Below are positions 36,594 to 45,444 of a stretch of DNA of 58,582 bases, one piece after another. The stretch spans positions 1 to 58,582 of IMG/VR virus record IMGVR_UViG_3300032828_000001, one strand, 5' to 3'. The stretch's first letter is position 1, and every line of letters starts with the position of its first letter. Origin of the DNA: a virus (lineage: Duplodnaviria > Caudoviricetes). A model generated the notes under the pieces. It was not told where the DNA came from and searched no databases. It was given only the letters and a program-made list of their open reading frames with translations. The translations under genes and the position numbers were made by a program.

Positions 36594-37633
36594 CACACAT
36601 ACCCACGGTGTACCTCACGCGAATGAAGGATATGATCCCAACGTGCTGGAAGGAGGTGGATCGCTTCCGGGCCATGCGCGGGAAAGGTCTCCCGAACTGG
36701 CCACCGTACTGTTTTCTGCCGCTGGCGGGCGCATACGCGATCCTCAGTCGGGGCGACTCCCTGTCGCCCGAAGAATGCGGGGCGATAGCGGCGTTCGGCG
36801 CGCTCGCTGCTTGGCGCGCGACGCAGGGGATCTATGAGATTCACCCGGCCATGCGCGCCGCCGTCGAGACAACGCCGATCGGGGCCATACCGGTCGAGGT
36901 GCTCCACCGCATGCCGGAATGGTGCATCTACATCCGTACTCCCGGTAACAGTTACCTGGGCGAAAAGGTTGAAGGGTTCTTCGCCTTTCTCGAGTACGAT
37001 GCGAACACCGGAAGTGAAGAGCTGCGCATCGTCATCGACTGCCCGCCCTGTCTGCTATCTGTCCTTTCGATCCATCTTGACCAGGGCGGACTGGAACTAG
37101 GTGTCGCAGCCGCCTATGCCGAGTGCCGGAAGCAGGCGCACAAGGCGGGCATGGATTTCGAGCGCGCGATCAGGATCATGGGCGTGGGCCCGAGCGAGTT
37201 GGCGGCGCTCCTCACACCCTACGTTAACCTCGTGCTTTACGTATCCGCCGAGAATGCCGAGATCTGCGATGCGAGTAACACCCGGACCCGCCCGGAGAAG
37301 CCGCGGCCAACGCGCACGAAAAAAGGGCTGCGCCTCTTTCCGCCCGATCACCCGACTACGTGGGACGTGGGAATGCGGTTAGGAGCTGCGCTGCAAGCCG
37401 CCGAGGTCGACGACGACAGCGAGCCGCGAGGCGGCACTCACGCGGGCCCGCGCCCGCATATCCGTCGCGCGCACTGGCACCATTATTGGTCCGGGCCGAA
37501 AAGCGCGCAGGAGATAAGTCTACGTTGGCTCGCCCCCATCGCCGTCAATGTCGACGACACCCACCCCCTCGTCCCCACGGTGCGGCCGATACCCGGTGAC
37601 ATCGAGGCACCGACACGGAAGGATCCCCCATGA
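36590..37633 (+). CDS. AcrVA2/FinQ-family protein
   Basis: AWRATQGIY, MPEWCIYI, NLVLYVSAEN.EI, WDVG.RLG, RPHIRRAHWHHYWSG, RWL.PI.VN match AcrVA2 motifs as recalled. Confidence 0.85.
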   Translation: MTHIPTVYLTRMKDMIPTCWKEVDRFRAMRGKGLPNWPPYCFLPLAGAYAILSRGDSLSPEECGAIAAFGALAAWRATQGIYEIHPAMRAAVETTPIGAIPVEVLHRMPEWCIYIRTPGNSYLGEKVEGFFAFLEYDANTGSEELRIVIDCPPCLLSVLSIHLDQGGLELGVAAAYAECRKQAHKAGMDFERAIRIMGVGPSELAALLTPYVNLVLYVSAENAEICDASNTRTRPEKPRPTRTKKGLRLFPPDHPTTWDVGMRLGAALQAAEVDDDSEPRGGTHAGPRPHIRRAHWHHYWSGPKSAQEISLRWLAPIAVNVDDTHPLVPTVRPIPGDIEAPTRKDPP

Positions 37634-37860
37634 CCACCTGCATATTCCTGGGCTGTGGCCTAGCCGCGCACGGCCACGGCCTCTGCCGCACGCACCTGTC
37701 CCAGCTCGCGCGCGGGCAGCCGCTCACCGCGCGCAAACCCAAGGCCGACGCCGCGCGGGTGGTCCTGTCACTGCGGGTATCGCGCGCGGCCAAGGAGGCC
37801 GCGCTCGACGACCCCGAACGGGCGCGCGCCGCGCTCGAGAAATTGGCGAGGGGCGCATGA
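37630..37860 (+). CDS. CCCH zinc finger plus RHH-like C-terminus (candidate Aca-type regulator)
   Basis: CIFLGC..GLCRTH then VVLSLRVS beta-strand and helices; ATGA coupled. Confidence 0.65.
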   Translation: MTTCIFLGCGLAAHGHGLCRTHLSQLARGQPLTARKPKADAARVVLSLRVSRAAKEAALDDPERARAALEKLARGA

Positions 37861-38402
37861 TTCGGCAAACACGAGTGCTCGCCTGCGGATGTACCGTCGC
37901 GCGCGAGCATCATACGCGCGGCGCGGTGAAGGCGGCGCGTGCGCGGGGAGTAACCGTGCGCGTCGCAACGTGGGCGCAGCTAGAGGAGGAGCATGCCGGC
38001 ACCTGCCGGAAGCTCCGCGCGATCTACGCTGCACGGGAGCGCGCCTCCGCGCGCGAGTCCCGTCAGCGCGAGGCCGATATCCGGCGCCGTATCGCGTCCG
38101 GAGAGCTCTGCCCGCTGTGTCAGGAGCCGGTCACGACCAGCGTGGCATGCATCACCGGGCAACACAAGTGCGTGTGGTCGCGCGCCGACGCGGCCCGCGA
38201 GCTAGCACTGCCCGCCACTTCACGCACGGTGCGATGGCTCGCCGATGGCGAGATCTCGCTTAGGGAAGCGCATCGCATCGCGGACGTCGTGTCGGATCGG
38301 CACGATGCGACCGATTATGATCGGCTGCTCCGCGCCGGGTACGATCGCGACGACGCACGCGAGATCATCCGCGAGCAGCTACCGCCGCCCAAAAGAGGGT
38401 AA
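37857..38402 (+). CDS. Hypothetical protein with Cys motifs
   Basis: LACGC, CPLC, RHDATDYDRLL..GYDRD.AR; ATGA coupled. Confidence 0.6.
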   Translation: MIRQTRVLACGCTVAREHHTRGAVKAARARGVTVRVATWAQLEEEHAGTCRKLRAIYAARERASARESRQREADIRRRIASGELCPLCQEPVTTSVACITGQHKCVWSRADAARELALPATSRTVRWLADGEISLREAHRIADVVSDRHDATDYDRLLRAGYDRDDAREIIREQLPPPKRG

Positions 38403-38458
38403 TGAGCCATGACCACCGCGAGGGGCGCATGATGCGCGTACGCACTTAGAGTCAACCG

Positions 38459-39127
38459 ATGGCACTCTTGGCGGACGAAGTGCGCCGGATGTACCGCGAG
38501 GCCGACGATGTGCTCGAGAAGCAGATCGTCCGCGACCAGCACGTGTCGTGCCGGAAGGGGTGCGCGCACTGTTGCCAGCTCCTCGCGCTCACCACCCTCC
38601 CCGAGGCGTATCTCCTCGCGCAGTGGGTGGCCCGGTCCCCCGATAGCGAGGTCTGGGTGTCGCGCCTGCTCGCCGTCGCGCGCGAGGTGGCGACCTGCAC
38701 CGACCGCGGCGACTGGTTCGATCGGCGCATCCCGTGCCTTTTTCTCGCGGCTGATAACACTTGTCGTGTGTATGACGATCGGCCCGGCTGTTGCCGCTGG
38801 CTCGCCGTCCGGACCCCACCCGAGCTGTGCGCCCCCGAGGCCCGGCGCGAAACGGTGGAGCGCTACGATACCCGCGGGCTCGAGCGCTACGCGATAGAGT
38901 GCGCGATCCGGTTCCACGACGAGCGCCCCGAGGCCGGCGCCGTCGGCGTGGGCCTCATTCCACTAGCTGTGTTATGGGCCCTGCATATCGGCCTGCGCGG
39001 CAAGGCGCGGCGCCGCCTCGAAAAGAAGATGTTTGGGCTCCCGACGCTCGCCGAATGGACCGCGCGCTATCGCGACGAGCCCGTGAATCGGACCCCGGCC
39101 TTCCGGGTCCTGAACGATGGCGCGTAG
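38459..39127 (+). CDS. YkgJ/UPF0153 (CxxCxxCC) cysteine-cluster protein
   Basis: SCRKGCAHCC, CLFL, CRVYDDRPGCCR. Confidence 0.85.
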   Translation: MALLADEVRRMYREADDVLEKQIVRDQHVSCRKGCAHCCQLLALTTLPEAYLLAQWVARSPDSEVWVSRLLAVAREVATCTDRGDWFDRRIPCLFLAADNTCRVYDDRPGCCRWLAVRTPPELCAPEARRETVERYDTRGLERYAIECAIRFHDERPEAGAVGVGLIPLAVLWALHIGLRGKARRRLEKKMFGLPTLAEWTARYRDEPVNRTPAFRVLNDGA

Positions 39128-39254
39128 CGCTTCGCCTGCATCTCACGCGGATCACGCGGATTCTGCCGGTTCTGCCGGCACCGTCCGGGGCGTGCCGGGC
39201 GTCACCCCTTAGGCCCGTCGCCCTTTTGTGCTATGACCGCGCGCGGGAGGGTCG

Positions 39255-39485
39255 ATGCCGATCGAGTCGATCGAATCGCGGCGATATGACGAGCTGTGCA
39301 GTTACGTGCGGGAACACGCGCGCGCGCACGGGGCGGTGATCCTCATCCTAGCGGGCCCCCACGGCAACGCCTTCCGGGCGCAGGCGCCCCTCGAACTCCA
39401 AGCGCGGATCCCGCGCCTCTTGCGGTGGGTCGCCGACCAAGTAGAGCGGGAGCTCAAAAACCCCGCCGGGCAGGCGAACGCGTGA
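39255..39485 (+). CDS. Small conserved phage protein
   Basis: YDELCSYVRE..A.GAVILI; GGAGG RBS. Confidence 0.65.
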   Translation: MPIESIESRRYDELCSYVREHARAHGAVILILAGPHGNAFRAQAPLELQARIPRLLRWVADQVERELKNPAGQANA

Positions 39486-39495
39486 GGCCGCGCGC

Positions 39496-39702
39496 GTGAT
39501 CATCGCCTACGATCTCGCGCACACGCACCGTGCGTGCATTGCGACCCACAACGCGATCACACTGAAACCGTGCCCGCACGGGTGCACGACGCAATGCCCG
39601 GAAGTGGTCGAGCAGTGCGTGTTCGTGACCACCTCGCTCGAGACGCTGCGAGCCGAGCTCGACCGGGACGAACCCGCGGCGGGGAGCCCCGGCGGGGACT
39701 AG
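39496..39702 (+). CDS. Hypothetical protein
   Basis: GAGG RBS, Cys-containing 68 aa. Confidence 0.45.
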   Translation: MIIAYDLAHTHRACIATHNAITLKPCPHGCTTQCPEVVEQCVFVTTSLETLRAELDRDEPAAGSPGGD

Positions 39703-39960
39703 GGGGCGACCCCGAGTCACGGCCGTTATCTCACGGTCACGACGGCGCCGGCCGGCGCATGCCGGGGTGAGCCACCGGCCCCCCCGATCCCGGCGGCCGG
39801 CGCCGTCGCGTTCCCGCGTGCGGATTCCGCCTGCCAGCGCCAAGCCGCGTCTCACCGCGCCATGTGCCGGCATGTCGCCATGTTTCGCGATTGGTCGCTG
39901 TCTGTCGCGTCCGGGCGCGGTCTGCGTGTTCGCGTCGCCTAGTGCCTAGCCGTGTCGCGC

Positions 39961-41490
39961 CTAGCCGCTCTGTGCGCCCTTGGGCGGAAGAAAGGATACG
40001 TTCGAGCTCGTGGGCTCCACGAGCCGGTAGACGTATTCCGTCCAGCGCTCGAGCGCGTCCCGCCGCTGGTCAAAATAGTCATCGTGGCTGTAGTACCCCT
40101 CCATCCCGCCCTCGACGTGACCGATACACCGCTCGGCGAAAAAGGGGAGAACGCCGCATTTCTTCGGGGCGAGCGTACGGAACGTGTGGCGAAGATCGTG
40201 CACCGTGACGTGCCCACCGGGGAGATCGAGCAAGGGCGGCACGCGGATCCTCTGCCCTTTCTGCCGGCGTTCGCCGGCCTGCATACGGCTGAGCGCCCGC
40301 ATAAGTGCCTTGTCGTTCAGCCGCCCCGATTCGGAGTCGCTGCTTGCCATCACAAACCGTGAATCCCCCGCCAGGCTTTTCAGCTCACGAAACATCGACA
40401 GCACTTGCGGTACGAGCGGTATCCTGCGGTCCTCCGCGTGGGCGATCTGTTTGGGCTGTAGCTTCTGATTTTCGATGGGGACGATCCAGATGGCCCCCTC
40501 GAGATCCAGCTCCTTCCATTCGGCCCTGAGTAATTCCCCCGTCCGATCCGGCACCAACAATAGGATGCGCAGGCCGAGCTGCACCGAACGCGACATCCCT
40601 TCAAGCGGAACGAGCGCGCGTCCACGCTTCATCTGCCGGTAATGGCCATAGCAGAGCCCTTTTGCTCTCGCGGCGCGCCCGCATGGGCTGAATGCGCACG
40701 ATGCCATTCCGGTCTCGATGACCTCATCACCCGTTCGCTTTTCTACCGCGCGCCAGAAAAGCGGGATCTCATGCTCCGAAAGGTAACGCCTGCGCCGGTT
40801 CTTCACGCAACCGAGGGCGTCCTTATCGAGTGCATCCATGGGGTTCACGGAGAGATCCTCCCCGTAGCTCCGGAGCCACCGAAAAAACTGGCGCAGGTGG
40901 CTAAAGACCATTCCGGCCTGCGTCGGGGAACCGCGCCGCACCACGCCAAGCACGATGTCTCGGCAGTCCTGCCGAGCTTGCGCCGTGTTCGCGGCCCAGG
41001 TGGCCAGGGGCTTCTTTCCGAGCGCCGGGAGAATGTCCGCATCGAGCGTCCGCCGAACCTCATGCGGAACCGACCGCTTCGGGACAATCCGCAACCGATA
41101 GAATTCTTCGGCGAGTTCGCCGATGGTCTTTCCGCCGCCGCCCATCGTGCGCGACTTGGAGCGGCGGCCCATCTTGGTCTCGAACTCGATGAGCTTCCCG
41201 GTGCTATGGGCTGCCTTGGCGCGTTCGAGAAGGGCGCGCGCGTCGTTCACCGTCAGTTGTTCATCCGTCTTGCCGCTCGGATGCCCCCATGGGCCCAGGA
41301 CCAATGATCGGTTTTCGCGGCTCCCATCTGCGTCCACCACCTGATAGTACCAGCGAAACATCTTGCTGCCGGTCGGGTACACGCGCAGGCAAAGGCCGCG
41401 GTCAAACCGATCGTACCGCCCGTCCGGCAAGTCTCGTATCCAAGCGTCCGTGAATCCGAACGGCGGCGTGCTAGTGTATCGGGGATCCAT
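39961..41490 (-). CDS. int: P4-type tyrosine integrase with arm-binding domain and inserted zinc finger
   Basis: AGGAGG before ATG 41490; GLCLRV..TGSK.F arm domain; R(TGE), HDLRHT, CIGH, YYSHDDY catalytic motifs. Confidence 0.95.
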   Translation of the reverse strand: MDPRYTSTPPFGFTDAWIRDLPDGRYDRFDRGLCLRVYPTGSKMFRWYYQVVDADGSRENRSLVLGPWGHPSGKTDEQLTVNDARALLERAKAAHSTGKLIEFETKMGRRSKSRTMGGGGKTIGELAEEFYRLRIVPKRSVPHEVRRTLDADILPALGKKPLATWAANTAQARQDCRDIVLGVVRRGSPTQAGMVFSHLRQFFRWLRSYGEDLSVNPMDALDKDALGCVKNRRRRYLSEHEIPLFWRAVEKRTGDEVIETGMASCAFSPCGRAARAKGLCYGHYRQMKRGRALVPLEGMSRSVQLGLRILLLVPDRTGELLRAEWKELDLEGAIWIVPIENQKLQPKQIAHAEDRRIPLVPQVLSMFRELKSLAGDSRFVMASSDSESGRLNDKALMRALSRMQAGERRQKGQRIRVPPLLDLPGGHVTVHDLRHTFRTLAPKKCGVLPFFAERCIGHVEGGMEGYYSHDDYFDQRRDALERWTEYVYRLVEPTSSNVSFLPPKGAQSG

Positions 41491-41859
41491 CGAACCTCCT
41501 TGACAGGTTCCGGTGGTGAGGGCTCCGCGGCGGCTGCGAACCGCTTTGGGGCCCGTTTTTTTGTGACAGGAGCGGGGTACGCCCCCACTGTTCGGACTAC
41601 GCCATGCGCCCGGGTCCGAGCAGCGCCGAAGTGCCTCCTGGGGTGAACACTGCGGCCCCTCTTGATGTGACAGGCAGAAAACCACATCGCCAGGCCCATG
41701 TGAAGCATCATTTTTGTTCACCCCGGGGTGAACACTGGGGAAACCTTCACAAATAGCGTTGATCCGCGTCAAACCGCGACACGGAAAAACGGTCCCAAGT
41801 ATAAGCGGTTACGCGCTCTGGCGCGTTTTGTCGCGGTACGCGTTGTGCGCGCAATATTC

Positions 41860-41904
<45 letters not shown>

Positions 41905-41907
41905 CAA

Positions 41908-41958
41908 AAGGCCGCGATGTTGTTCGGGAAACTCCGACACATCGCGGCCTTCTTTTTT
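41908..41958 (+). terminator. Replacement terminator for the reconstituted tRNA
   Basis: 13-bp stem AAGGCCGCGATGT/ACATCGCGGCCTT then CTTTTTT. Confidence 0.85.
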
Positions 41959-42045
41959 ACGCAGAGAGCGCGGGGGGCGGTTTGGGGTGAACAACGGGGT
42001 GAACATTGGGGGCGATCACGACAGAGCGCGACCAACCGCGACGCA

Positions 42046-42579
42046 CTACGGGTGTTCGTCGTTCCCCCCGGGGCGAACAAGCTCATTTGCCGCGAGCCAT
42101 GCCCTCACCTCGGCCGCCACCCAGATGCGCTTGCGGCTACGTCGGACGTAGTGCGGACGGGGGAAGCCGCGATCGAGAATCCATCGCTCGACCGAGCGCC
42201 GGCTGTAGCCGAGAAGGCTCTCGACCTGTCGCACGTCGAGTCGCTCCGCCCCGTCGAGATCCCGCAGGCGACGCTTCCGGATGCGCCGCGGCTTCTGCCC
42301 GTCGCCTTCCGTCGCACCATCCCCGCGCGAAGGGAGCACGGTCGTCCTCCGGGGCTTGTGTTCTTGGTCGCCCGGGACCGCCTTAGCGACAGCAGGCGGC
42401 GGCGGGGCGGGCGCGGGGCGATCCGCGAGGGCAAGCGGCGGCGGCGGGGCATGGCACCGCAGGCAGCCGCCCATCGGCGAGACATAGCCGGCGTCGGGGC
42501 ACGTGCACCCCGGCGGTTGCGGCATGCTCCATCCCCCGGGCGGCGTGATTCTGTTCTTTGCGGCGTGGTCCATGTTCAC
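42046..42579 (-). CDS. xis: AlpA-like excisionase/recombination directionality factor with Pro/Cys-rich N-extension
   Basis: LDVRQVESLLGYSRRSVERWI..GFPRP...W.AAEVRAWL. Confidence 0.8.
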   Translation of the reverse strand: MNMDHAAKNRITPPGGWSMPQPPGCTCPDAGYVSPMGGCLRCHAPPPPLALADRPAPAPPPPAVAKAVPGDQEHKPRRTTVLPSRGDGATEGDGQKPRRIRKRRLRDLDGAERLDVRQVESLLGYSRRSVERWILDRGFPRPHYVRRSRKRIWVAAEVRAWLAANELVRPGGNDEHP

Positions 42580-43157
42580 ACCTCCTCGCCGGGTTCGCGC
42601 CCGGGTTCATGCGTTTGTAGGGGTGCGTGTTCGCGCTCGTCGGGCACCGGCACCGGTACCGGCGTGCCGCGCGCGCGCGTGCACAGCGCGGCCGTGCACG
42701 CGCCGTCACGGGTGTGGTAGGTCGCGTGGTCGCAGGCGCAGCGTGCCCCGCAGTGACAGCGCGTCCCGGCCGGCCGGCGGCGGCTACCGAGGATCGCGAG
42801 GTTGGGCAGCCGGCAGAGGACGCACATGCGCGACCCCGGCAGCCGGTACTCGGGCCCGTGTTCGCAGGTCGCGGGTGGCGCGGGGGGCGCGGGTTCGCCT
42901 TCTACGGGCTCGGGCGCCGGCCCGTCGGGCCGCGTGAGCGGCGGCGGTGGGGGCGCGCCGTGCGTGGCGCATGCGCCGTCACCGCGCGTCCCGCCCGGGT
43001 GCGGATCGGGGCAGCCGCACCACAGCTCGGGCAGATCGGCACCCCATCCGTGCGCCTTGCAGCGCTCATCGGTCCCCCACCGTTTCCCGGCCGGGCACCC
43101 GCACCACAAGGCGGGCCCATCCGCGGCGCCCGCGGGCGCGCGTGTTCCGTCATCCAT
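42576..43157 (-). CDS. Cys/Pro-rich hypothetical protein
   Basis: Two LWCGCP...C..HG repeats plus other Cys clusters. Confidence 0.55.
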   Translation of the reverse strand: MDDGTRAPAGAADGPALWCGCPAGKRWGTDERCKAHGWGADLPELWCGCPDPHPGGTRGDGACATHGAPPPPPLTRPDGPAPEPVEGEPAPPAPPATCEHGPEYRLPGSRMCVLCRLPNLAILGSRRRPAGTRCHCGARCACDHATYHTRDGACTAALCTRARGTPVPVPVPDEREHAPLQTHEPGREPGEEV

Positions 43158-43169
43158 GCCGTTTGACTC

Positions 43170-43397
43170 TCAGTCTTTAGGGACCGATCGCAATCGCCGT
43201 TCCTTCGGCGCGCGGAACGCATCGCGAAGGCGCGCGCGCTCGGCCTTGAGCCGCCGCCAGCACCGCGGGCAGGTCGACGCGAGCGACCCCCACGGCCACT
43301 GGATCGTCTCGCCGTAGGACCAAGTGAGGATCTCGATCGAGTCGGGGTCGCGCCCGGCTTCCGCGGTCGCCCCGCAGTAGACGCAGTTATGTCCCAT
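43170..43397 (-). CDS. Zinc-ribbon protein
   Basis: CVYC...CPRC. Confidence 0.55.
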   Translation of the reverse strand: MGHNCVYCGATAEAGRDPDSIEILTWSYGETIQWPWGSLASTCPRCWRRLKAERARLRDAFRAPKERRLRSVPKD

Positions 43398-43590
43398 GGG
43401 TGACCTCGCGCGGTATGGGCGCGTCCTTGCCGTGGCTCCACCGGACGGCACGGGCGCGCCACGTCTCGGCGCGCGCACGCCACGTTTCCGCGTCGCGGCG
43501 CGCCAGGGCGGCGTCGCGCCGCGCGCGCAGGAACATGAGGGCGAGCGCGGCATCACCTACCGTCACTATCGTGAGCATAATCCCCAGCAT
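43387..43590 (-). CDS. Small membrane-anchored protein
   Basis: Hydrophobic N-terminus; tandem AETWRAR repeat. Confidence 0.5.
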   Translation of the reverse strand: MLGIMLTIVTVGDAALALMFLRARRDAALARRDAETWRARAETWRARAVRWSHGKDAPIPREVTHGT

Positions 43591-43877
43591 CACCGCGCCC
43601 CCTTCTTCGGGGTGCCGCCGCCGTTGTTGCCACCGTGGACGCCGCCGCAGGCGGGCGGGCGCGGCCCGCGCTCGACGTAGAGCCCCGCCTCGGAGGCCGC
43701 GCCGCAGTAACAGCACCGCTCGCTCGGCCATTCGGATGGCCACCCCGGCCAAACGCTCCGCACGGGCCGAAGGCTCGGCCGCAGCGTCTCCGGATCCGGC
43801 GGGCGGTCGACGAGCCGTTCGGCGCGCCCGTCGCGGTACCAGCAGTCGTAGCAGATGACGTGCGTCGGCCCGCTCAC
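43590..43877 (-). CDS. Zinc-binding hypothetical protein
   Basis: HVICYDCW...ERCCYCG...GLYV. Confidence 0.55.
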   Translation of the reverse strand: MSGPTHVICYDCWYRDGRAERLVDRPPDPETLRPSLRPVRSVWPGWPSEWPSERCCYCGAASEAGLYVERGPRPPACGGVHGGNNGGGTPKKGAR

Positions 43878-44191
43878 GGCTGCTGCTCCCGTATCGCGCG
43901 CAGGATCTGGGCGAGGACGCCGCTCTCGGACAGGTACCGGTAGTCGTCGATGGCCTCGACGGCCTCCTCGACCTCGCGCACGGTATGGGCGCTACAGATC
44001 CAGATGGGGCCACGCACGACCCAATGACAGCAGTCGCCCGGGGCGAGCAGCGCCGGATCGGTCACGATCCGGCAGATGGGATCCCCGGGCCATTCGGCGC
44101 CGCCGAGGCACGGGGATGACTCGGTACAGCCGCAGACCGCGCAAGCCATAGGACTCCGTCCCGCGATGGCACCCCCAAAGATGCACTTCAT
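43874..44191 (-). CDS. Zinc-binding hypothetical protein
   Basis: CAVCGCTE..PC...CHWV...ICSAH. Confidence 0.55.
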   Translation of the reverse strand: MKCIFGGAIAGRSPMACAVCGCTESSPCLGGAEWPGDPICRIVTDPALLAPGDCCHWVVRGPIWICSAHTVREVEEAVEAIDDYRYLSESGVLAQILRAIREQQP

Positions 44192-44277
44192 GCGTTGTGT
44201 CCTTTCCGTGAAATCAAGGCCGGCGGCGCCTTCGCATTCGCCGCCGGCCCCGCCGCCGGGCCTATCCCGGCCGACCC

Positions 44278-44910
44278 CTACGCCCATCGTACAACGAGAG
44301 CGAGCCGCGCACGGGCACGGCGGATCCCCTCACCAATCGCCAAAAGAATCTGCTCGAGCGGGTGCGCGCGTTTCATTTGCGTCTCGAGCGCCGCCGCCAG
44401 GCGGTCGCTCAAATCGACGAAGCCTTGGCGCATCTCCATGGGCTCGTGCAGGTGCGCGGAGCGCGTGAAAGCCGCCCCGAGCGCGAACGAAAGCGTCACC
44501 ATCTCGCCGGGCGAGAGCGTCACCGTTACGGGATCGCGCCCGTTGCCGGGCAGGATCCGCCGGGGCAACCGGTGCACCACATGCTGGTCGGATATCAAAT
44601 CTATGGCTCCTGTGCGGGATCCTGTATCCGTCCCGCCGCCTCGAGAATGTCCAACACTTCGCGTGAACGCGTGCGTCCGTTTAGTTCCGTCCCGGGGATC
44701 TCGATCTGCGAGCCTATGTGGCCTTTGAGCCGCAGGCGCCACCCGCCCGATCGCATCGGCGATGACTTTCCGCTCGGCCCGGAACATCGCGCGCACCGCA
44801 TGCGCCTTCGAGTCGAGGTCGTCTGCCTCGTCGAGCAGCCGCTCGAGCTCCGCCGACATCTCTGCGTGCGGATCGACGTCCGGCTGTGGCTGTAGCGTGG
44901 CACGCGCCAT
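44278..44910 (-). CDS. Hypothetical protein (possibly two genes joined by a frameshift)
   Basis: GGAGG RBS before ATG 44910; alternative frame ending 44601 looks more protein-like in the middle. Confidence 0.5.
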   Translation of the reverse strand: MARATLQPQPDVDPHAEMSAELERLLDEADDLDSKAHAVRAMFRAERKVIADAIGRVAPAAQRPHRLADRDPRDGTKRTHAFTRSVGHSRGGGTDTGSRTGAIDLISDQHVVHRLPRRILPGNGRDPVTVTLSPGEMVTLSFALGAAFTRSAHLHEPMEMRQGFVDLSDRLAAALETQMKRAHPLEQILLAIGEGIRRARARLALVVRWA

Positions 44911-45444
44911 CGTGCGACCTCCCTTGGTTTGCGCAAAGTGAACCCCGATCCGGCCCGGCCGGCGGTCGGCCCGCAAGGTGCGGGCGCGCCTTCCGCGCCG
45001 CGCACCTCCGCCGCACCGCTGGCGACCTAGCTATTTCGTGGGGGGGGGGGGGGTAGGTGCTTGGGCCGGTGCGACAGCGAGACCATTCGCGTGTGGCTGT
45101 CGAGCGGGCGGGCGGCGGCATCAAGAGTGCCCATGGTAGGCGACCGACCGCAGCGCGCAAAGGCTCGCATTGGGTTGGGGCCCTATTGCGGCGGATTGGC
45201 GGCGCGCGAGCGCGGCACATCTTGACGATGCGTGAATGCCAATTACCGCATTGAACAATGCCCGCAAGGCGAAACGCGCGCCCTGCCCGAAGTGCGGGCA
45301 TAACGCGGGCGGTCATACGCGCGCTTATTCACGCGCCCGGCCACATGATCACACCGCCACTCACAACACCGCCGGGGCGGTTTGACATACCCGATGTGCA
45401 GGGTGTTTGCTCCGCCGCTTTCCCGTCAATCGAAAGGTAACCCG

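Noticed and set aside
39143-39178. Short tandem duplications TCACGCGGA x2 and TTCTGCCGG x2
   Set aside because: Too short to assign any function.
41491-41772. N-terminal 94 aa of the 603-aa integrase ORF
   Set aside because: Strong AGGAGG before ATG 41490; the upstream region holds arm-site repeats.
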